NCBI RefSeq assembly: GCF_009914755.1
Contig: NC_060947.1
Reading direction: 5' to 3' (one strand)
Origin: the human T2T-CHM13v2.0 reference genome, Homo sapiens
Length of the DNA: 64,000 bases
Under the pieces are notes generated by a model, which searched no databases, had not been told where the DNA came from, and saw only the letters and a program-made list of their open reading frames with translations. Below are positions 56,673 to 64,000 of the stretch, piece after piece. The position numbers were made by a program, and so were the translations under genes. Within the stretch, counting starts at the first letter, position 1; each line of letters starts with the position of its first letter.

Positions 56673-57432
56673 GCCGTGGGAGCCCACCTCTTGCATCAGT
56701 GTGACCTGGATGTGAGACATGAGCCAAAGGAGGTCATTTTGGAACTTTAAGGTTTAATGGCTGCCTTATTGGATTTTGAACCTGCGTGGGGCCTGTAACT
56801 GCTTTCTTTTGGTCAATTTCTCTTATTTGGAATGGTTGTATTTACCCAATGTCTGTACTCACATTGTATCTGGAAAGTAACTAACTTGCTTTTGATTTTA
56901 CAGGCTCATAGTTGGAAGGGACTTGCTTTGTCTCAGATGAGACCTTGAACTTGGACTTTTGAGTTAATACTGGAATGAGTTAAGACTTTGGGGAACGGCC
57001 AGAAGGGCATGATTGTGTTTTGAAATTTGAGGACATGAGATTTGGATGGGGCCAGGGGTGGAATGATATTGTTTGGCTCTGTGTCCCCACCCAAATCTCA
57101 CCTTGAATTGTAATAATCCCCACATGTCAAGGGCAGGACCAGGTGGAGATAACTGAATCATGGGGGGTGGTTTCACCCATACTAGTCTCATGTTAGTGAG
57201 TGAGTTCTCATGAGATCTTCTTATGAGATCATGAGATCTCATAAGGGGCTCCCCTTTACCGGCTCTCATTCTCTCTCCTGCCTCCCCCTGTGAAGAGGTG
57301 ACTTAGCCATGATGGTAAATTTCCTGAGGGATTTCCAGCCATGCAGAACTGTGAGTCAATTAAAGCTCTTTTCTTTATCAATTACCCAGTCTTCGGCAGT
57401 TCTTTATAGAAGCGTGAAAATGGACTAATACA
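56673..57432 (+). mobile_element. THE1D-like MaLR: 3' internal region (56673-57063) and 3' LTR (57064-57432)
   Basis: Polypurine tract ggggccaggggtggaa, then tgatattgtttggctctgtgtccccacccaaatctcaccttgaattgtaataatcccc...ggactaataca. Confidence 0.9.
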
Positions 57433-57880
57433 GGCTGCCATAACAAAATAATCACAAATTAAATAACAGAAATGTATTTTCTCATAGTTCTGCAGTGTAG
57501 AATTTCACCATTAATTTGTCAGCAGTGTTGAATTTTTCTGAGGGCTGAGAGAGAATGAATGATCTGCTGTAAGCCTCTCTCCTAACTTCTGAGGTCTTGC
57601 TAGCAATCTTTCATAGTCCTTGACTAGTAGACACATCACCCCCTTCTCTGCCTTTATCATCACAGGGCATTCTTCCTGTTCACGTCTGCATTCAAATTTC
57701 TCCTTTTTATAAGGACATCAGAAATATAGGATTAGGGGCCTAATCTACTCTCATATGACCTCATCATATATAATTATGACTAATTATAAACCTACAAAGA
57801 TCTTCTTTCCAAATAAAGTCACATGCTGAGGTACTAGAAATTATAACGTCAACATATGAATTCTAGGAGGAAACAAGTTA
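57433..57880 (-). mobile_element. MLT1 (B/C-like) LTR, cut near its end by the THE1D insertion
   Basis: ggctgccataacaaaata..acagaaatgtattttctcatagttctg..ttccaaataaagtcacatgctgaggtact. Confidence 0.75.
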
Positions 57881-58266
57881 CTGATACTGATACAAAAACA
57901 GTCACACATACAACCGTAACAGAATAGAGAGCCCAGAAATAAAGCCATACACAAGTTAATTCATAACAATAACTACCTCCTGTAAATGATTGGCAGGACA
58001 GGAGCAGGGAGGCAGTTGGGGAGGCAGTTGATAAGAGTAAATGGGAGCTCTCTACATTTTCAATCTGATACGGACATGGTAAATCTGCAGAAATAAATGA
58101 AATAGGAAACAAAAACATAGAAAATATCAATAAAACAAAGAGGTTTTTTTTAAACATCAACAAAATTGACAAACGTTTCGCTAGATTAAGAAAAAAAGAA
58201 GTTTCAAAAAATAAAATTAAAAATTAAAAAAGGACCTTACAACCAGTGCTACAAAAATTAAAAGTA

Positions 58267-58606
58267 TAATCTTCCTCTGGTTTCCACAGGGAAGTGTCTC
58301 AGGATCCCTATACATACCAAAATCTGTGGGTTTTCAACTTCCTCATATAAAATGGCACAGTATTTACAGTATTTAGATATAAACTATGCACATCCTTGTG
58401 TATACTTTAAATTATCTCTAGATTTCTTATACAATACAAAGATTTCTTATACAATGTAAATCCTATGTAAATGATTGCTATTCTGCATTGTGTTTTAAAC
58501 ATTTGTATTATTTTTATTGTCATATTGTTTATTTTTTGTGAATATTTTTCTATCTAGAGTAAGTTGAATCTGCATATGTGGACCAACAGATATGGAAGGC
58601 CAACTG
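58267..58606 (+). mobile_element. MER2 (Tigger/TcMar) DNA transposon within the L1
   Basis: ataccaaaatc..tataaaatggc..tatactttaaattatctctagatt..ggaaggccaactg, flanked by TA at 58265 and 58607. Confidence 0.8.
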
Positions 58607-60559
58607 TATTCTGAGTCTATTATGAACAATTATACATCAACAAATTGGATAACCACTAAGAAACTGCTAAATTCGTAAAAACATACAGCCTTTCTGGACT
58701 GAATCATGAAGAAATAGTAAGTCTGAACAGACTTATAACTAGTAAGCTGATTGTTTAAGTAATCTAATGCCTCCCCAAAAAGAAAAGCACAGGATAAGAT
58801 GGCTTCACTGGTGAATTCTACCAAATACTTAAGAAGAATTAATGCCAGTTCTTCTCAAACTCTTCCAAAAGATTGAAGAGGAAAAAAACACTTCGAAAGT
58901 CATTTTATGGGGCCAGCGTTACCCTGATATTGAAGACAGGCGAAGCCAATTTAAAAAAAGAAAACTTTAGGAGAATATCCCTGATGAATATAGATGCAAA
59001 AATCTTCAACAACAATATACTAGCTAAACAAATTCAACAGCACATTTAAAAGATAAAGCATCATGACCAAGTGGGATTTATCCTTAGTATGTAAGTATGG
59101 TCAACATATAAAAATCAAACAATGTTTTATACCACCTTAAAAGAACAAAGTATAAAAATCACATGATCATGTCAATAGATTCAGAAAAAGCATTTGATGA
59201 ATTTGACATCCTTTTATGATAAAATCATGCAACAAGCTAGGAATAAAAGAAAATTACTTCAACATAATAAAGGGCATATATGAAAAGCTTACAACTAACA
59301 TCATACTAAATGTTGAAAACCTGAAAGTGTTTTCCCTAAGGTCAGAAACAAGATAAGGATACTCACTCTTGGCAATTCTACTGAACATAGCATGAGAAGT
59401 GCCTGCCAGAGCAGTTAGACAAGAGGAATACATAAAAGATATCCAAATCAGAATAGAAGTTAAAATGATCTCTCTTTGCAGATGATATAATCTTGTATGT
59501 AGAAAATGCTAAATATTTCACCAAAAACTGCTATAACTAATAAGCCAATTCAGTAAAGATGCAAGATACAAAATCAACATTAAAAATTAATTGTGTGTCT
59601 ATGCACTAACAACAAATAATCCAAAAAGGAAATTAAGAAAGAAACCCAATTTTCAATATTATCACAAAGAATAAAATATTTGGGAATAAACCTAATAAAG
59701 GAGGCCAAAGACCTGTACGCTGAATGGTACAAAACATTGTTGGAAGAAATTAAAGAAGACCCAGATAAATTGAAAGTCATACCTGGGTCATGGATTGGAA
59801 GATTTAATATTGTTAAAATGCCCATACTACTCAAAGCAATCTACAGATTCAATTCAAAATATATCAAAATCTCAATAGCATTTTTCACACACAAAAAGTG
59901 AAAAGCAATCTTAAAATTTATACGGAGTCTTAAAGTACCACACATGTCAAAAACAATCTTGAGAGAGAATAACAAAGCTGAAGACACAACCCTTTCTGAT
60001 TTGAAAATATACTACTTTGCTACAATAATTACAACAGTATGGGAGTGGCATAAGAGAAGACATAGACAAATGTAACCAAATAGAGTGCCCAGAAATAAGC
60101 TCATGTGGATATGATCAAATGGTCTTCAACAAGGTTGCCATGACTACACAATGGGAAAAGAAATAGTCTCTTAAACAATTGATGTTGTGGAAACTGAATA
60201 TCCACATACAGAAAATTGGAATTGGACCCTTATCTTACATTAGCCACAAAAATAGACTCAATGTAGATTAAAGTCTTAGATATAAGACTTGAAACTATAA
60301 AACTCCTAGAAGAAACATGGGGAAAAACTCTTTGACATTGGTCTTGACAATGATTTTTTGGATGTGACCCCAAAAGCACAGGAAACAAAAGCAAAATTAG
60401 ACAAGTAGGACTACATCAAACTAAAAAGCTTCTGAACAGCTAAGAAAACAATCAACAGATTGAAAAGTCAGCCTACTGAATGTAAGAAGAAATCTTTACA
60501 AATCCTACGTCTGATAATGGATTAATATCCAAAACAAAATGAACTGCTACAACACAAAA

Positions 60560-60568
60560 GCATGCGCG

Positions 60569-60624
<56 letters not shown>
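60560..60624. repeat. (GC)7(AC)n microsatellite
   Basis: Directly visible. Confidence 0.92.
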
Positions 60625-61618
60625 ACCTGATTAATGAATGGGCTATGGACTTGAATAGACATTGCTCCAAAGAAGACACACAAATGGCCAAGTGTGTGGA
60701 AATGTGTTCAACATCATTAATTATCAGAAAAATGCAAATTAAAACCACAATGAGATATCTCCTTCCACCTGGTAGGATGACTATTATCAAACAAATAAGA
60801 GATAACAAAGGTTGGTGAGGGTATGGAGAAAGGGGACCCTAGTACACTGTTGGTGGGAATGTAAATTGCTGCAGCCATTATGAAAAACAGTATGAAGTTT
60901 CCTCAAAAAATTAAAAATAAGACTGCAAAATGATCCAGCAATACTATTTTGGGATATTTATCCAAAAGAATTGAAATCAGCATTTCAAGAAGTTATTTGC
61001 ACTCTTATGTTTATGGCCACATTATTCACAATAGCCAAGAGGTGGGAACAATCTAAATATTCATCAGCGAATGACTATGTAAATAAAATGTAATATATAC
61101 AAACAATGGAATATTATTCAGCCTTAAAAAATGGAATGGAATTCTGTCATATGCTAGAACATGGGAGAAAGGGCTATGGACTTAGTCCCTTAAATCAATG
61201 GGGCTATGGACTATGGGGCTAAGGGGCTATGGAATTAGCCCCTTAGATTAATTAGGACACTAATCTAAGTGAAATAAGCCAGTCATAGAAGGATAAATAC
61301 TGCATGACTCCACTTATATGAGGTATGTAAAGTAGTCAAACTCATAGAAATAGAAAGTAGAATGGTAGTTGCAAGAGGTGAAGGAGAGGGGGAAATGGGA
61401 GTTACTACGTGATAAGTATAGAATTTCAGTCATGAAAAATGAAAAAATTCTAGAGATCCATTGTACAACACTGTACTTATAGTTAACAATTCTGTACTGT
61501 GCACTCACAAATTTAAGGAGGTAAATATCATGTTATGTGTTTTTTTTACCACAATAAAACAAAAATATCTCAATAGTTTACCTAATTATTACCTATTAAA
61601 ATTCCTTTCTGTCTTGAA

Positions 61619-61723
61619 AGAAAGAGCAAGGAAGGAAGGAAGGAAGGAAGGAGGGAGGGAGGGAGGGAGGGAGGGAGGGAGGGAGGGAGGGAGGGGAAGG
61701 AGAGAGAGGGAGGAAGGAAGGGA
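61619..61723. repeat. Polypurine (GGAA)n(GGGA)n tract
   Basis: Directly visible. Confidence 0.9.
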
Positions 61724-61724
61724 A

Positions 61725-62940
61725 TCTTTTGGTCTTTCATTTGTCTTTCTGTTACTGATTTGTAGTTAAACTCATTGTGGTCTTAGACATGCTTTGTATG
61801 ATTTCTATTCTTTTACATTTGTGCTTTATGGCACAGAATGTGGTCCTTTTGGGTGAATGTTCCATGAGAGCTTCAGAAGAATATACTTTCTGGTGTTCTT
61901 ATATGGATAGTCTATAAAAGTTAATTAGATCCAGCTGATTGGTGGTGCTGATCAGATCATCTGTAATCTTACTGATTTTCTCCCTGCTTTATCTATCAGT
62001 TATGGAGAGGAGTATCTCTATACCTATCATAGTCTCCAAGTATAATACCTGGTTTCACTATTTCTACTTTTTTATAACTTTTTGCCTCATGTTTTTTGAC
62101 AGTTTGTTTCTAGGGACATACAGATTTTGGATTGGGATGTCTTCTTGGAGAATTGACTCTTTCATTGCTGAATAAACCTAACAATATTCTTTATTTCTTC
62201 ATTGTTTGAAATTTATGTAGTAATTCCAGTTTTCTTCTCATCATGAATTAATGTGGCATGTCTTTCTCAATTTCTTTACTTTTAATCTATCTGAGTCTTT
62301 ACATTTAAATTGAGTTTCATGTACCTGAGATAGAAGTGGGTCTTTTTTTAAAAAAATTCATTCTGACCATATTCTTCCTTAATTGCTGCTTTTATATCAT
62401 TCACATTTAAAGTGATTACTGATATAGTTGGTTTAAAATCTAACATTTTTGTAGCTTGCATGTTGCTTACTTCTTGTATTAAAGATTTTACATTATTAAT
62501 TATCGTTAGCTTAAATTTCTCATCTTATAACTTCAACAACTGTGTCATATGTTAAGTCTGGCTCTGATATTTGTCTCTTCATGCTGTCTTTTTATTGTGT
62601 TTTGGCATGTATTGTAATTTTGTGTTAAAAATCAGACATATATTGGGTTATAGGAACTAAGATAAATAGGACTCTAGTGAGAATTTAGTTTAAGCTGTCT
62701 AGGAAGTAAGCTGTGCTTAAGGTTTTTTGTAGCTGGAGGTTCCAGAGGCTTCATATAACTCTAATATTGTTGTTTATGTCTCCCTTCTTCACTTTGGTAC
62801 TTCCTGTCTATTTCTTCTTAGAAAGTCTGCATCTTGTAGCTCTTTAATTTGTAATCCACTGTTATTATATTAAAGTCCTGTTTGTGTGCCAGTAGGGTGG
62901 GTGTGGTGAGATTATTTATATTCTTATAATTAAATCCCAG
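61725..62940 (-). mobile_element. Old L1M ORF2 5'/endonuclease-region fragment
   Basis: cattgtggtc..tgtatgatttctattctttt..ggtgaatgttccatg..ttcacatttaaagtgattactgatatagttgg is reverse-strand L1. Confidence 0.65.
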
Positions 62941-63245
62941 TCTTATATTCGGCCTTTGTCTCTGGGATATGACTTTCACCCAGAGGCAAGTAGGACTTTT
63001 CTGATTATCTAAAAATGTCCTCCTTGAATGATCAACCATGTACCAGATTGACTATAGATCTGTTTGGCCATAGAGATAACATAAAATAAACAACAAAATG
63101 TGAAGAATAAGTGACAGATCTAACATTTTGAGGAGTTCAAGTTTTCTTCCATTGCAAGGAGTAAGACATAGGTAGGTACAGCCCACACACTTAGAGTTTG
63201 AAGTTGCTATGAAATCAAAAGCTCAGTTTTCTGTGTTTGGCTCCT

Positions 63246-63677
63246 GTATTTGTTTCCTAGGACTTCTATAGCAGGTACCATGCATGAATTGGGTTGCTTA
63301 GCACAACATTTACTGTCTTACAGTTCCAAAAGCTAGAAATCCAAAATTAAGGTATTGTCAAGGCCACGATCCCTCTGAAACCTGTATGGTAGAATCCTTC
63401 CTTGCCTCTTGGCTTCTGGTGGTAGTGGCCATCAATCCTTGGCATATTTTAGCTTGTATAATGTCCCTCCAATCTCTTCCTCTGTTATCTAAATCTTCAC
63501 ACGGCCATCTTCCCCTTTTATACATCAGTCTTATTATATGTAGTACTCATCATAATGGCCTTGTCTTAATCCGATTACATCTCCAAAGATCTTCCTCCCA
63601 AATAAGATAACATTCTCAGATACGAGGGGTTAGGACTTCAACATGTGCAATTTGGGGAACACCACTGAAATAACAAC
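63246..63677 (-). mobile_element. MLT1B-like solo LTR
   Basis: tgtatttgtttcctagg..cttacagttcc..gaatccttccttgcctct..ccaaataagataacattctcagatacgaggggttaggacttcaacat. Confidence 0.75.
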
Positions 63678-64000
63678 TCCCTTTTTGTTATTTCTCTGGT
63701 CCGTCCTTCCTATCTGTTCAATGTCGTAAAATAATGTTGCAGTAGCCTCTAGGTGAGAAGCCTTCTGTTCCTACTCTGGAAAGACGTTGTAATAGGAGAT
63801 GAATTCTCAAAGCTCTAAAAGTTCTAAAAGACATGAGCTACACAGGATGGTTGACTTTGGCAGTCTCTCGCCCAGACCTTAGAAAAAAATACCCACTTTG
63901 GCTAAGCCCAAGGGTAAGAGACCAAGAAATAGTCTGAGACAAAAGAAAAGGCAACTTTTCACAATTCAAATAATATCCAGCTCAGTTGACTATAATAGGG

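Larger units (their letters stand above)
58085..61565 (+). mobile_element. L1MA-type element (about L1MA8-10): ORF2 through 3' end
   Basis: ORF2 remnant GINLIKEAKDLY..SWIGRFNIVKMPILLKAIYRFN; 3'UTR ending tttttttaccacaataaaac. Confidence 0.85.

Overview
Primate (human-like) genomic DNA, AT-rich and dominated by nested, mostly + strand LINE-1 remnants. It also carries Alus, MaLR LTRs (MLT1, THE1D), MIR/L2 and DNA-transposon fossils. I find no intact protein-coding gene or RNA gene. The one gene-derived sequence is a processed pseudogene of TRMT1 (tRNA m2,2G26 dimethyltransferase) at 47168-49837. It sits inside an old L1, has a perfect 16-bp target-site duplication (TSD) and is interrupted by two Alus. 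Its most notable properties: it appears to record a splice isoform lacking the mitochondrial-targeting start, it has kept or gained CpGs despite its age, and its CCCH zinc finger is split by an AluY. The L1s hold several microhomology or templated-insertion scars. I see no convincing evidence of a new biological system. Repeat subfamily names come from recalled consensus sequences, and boundaries without a TSD are approximate.
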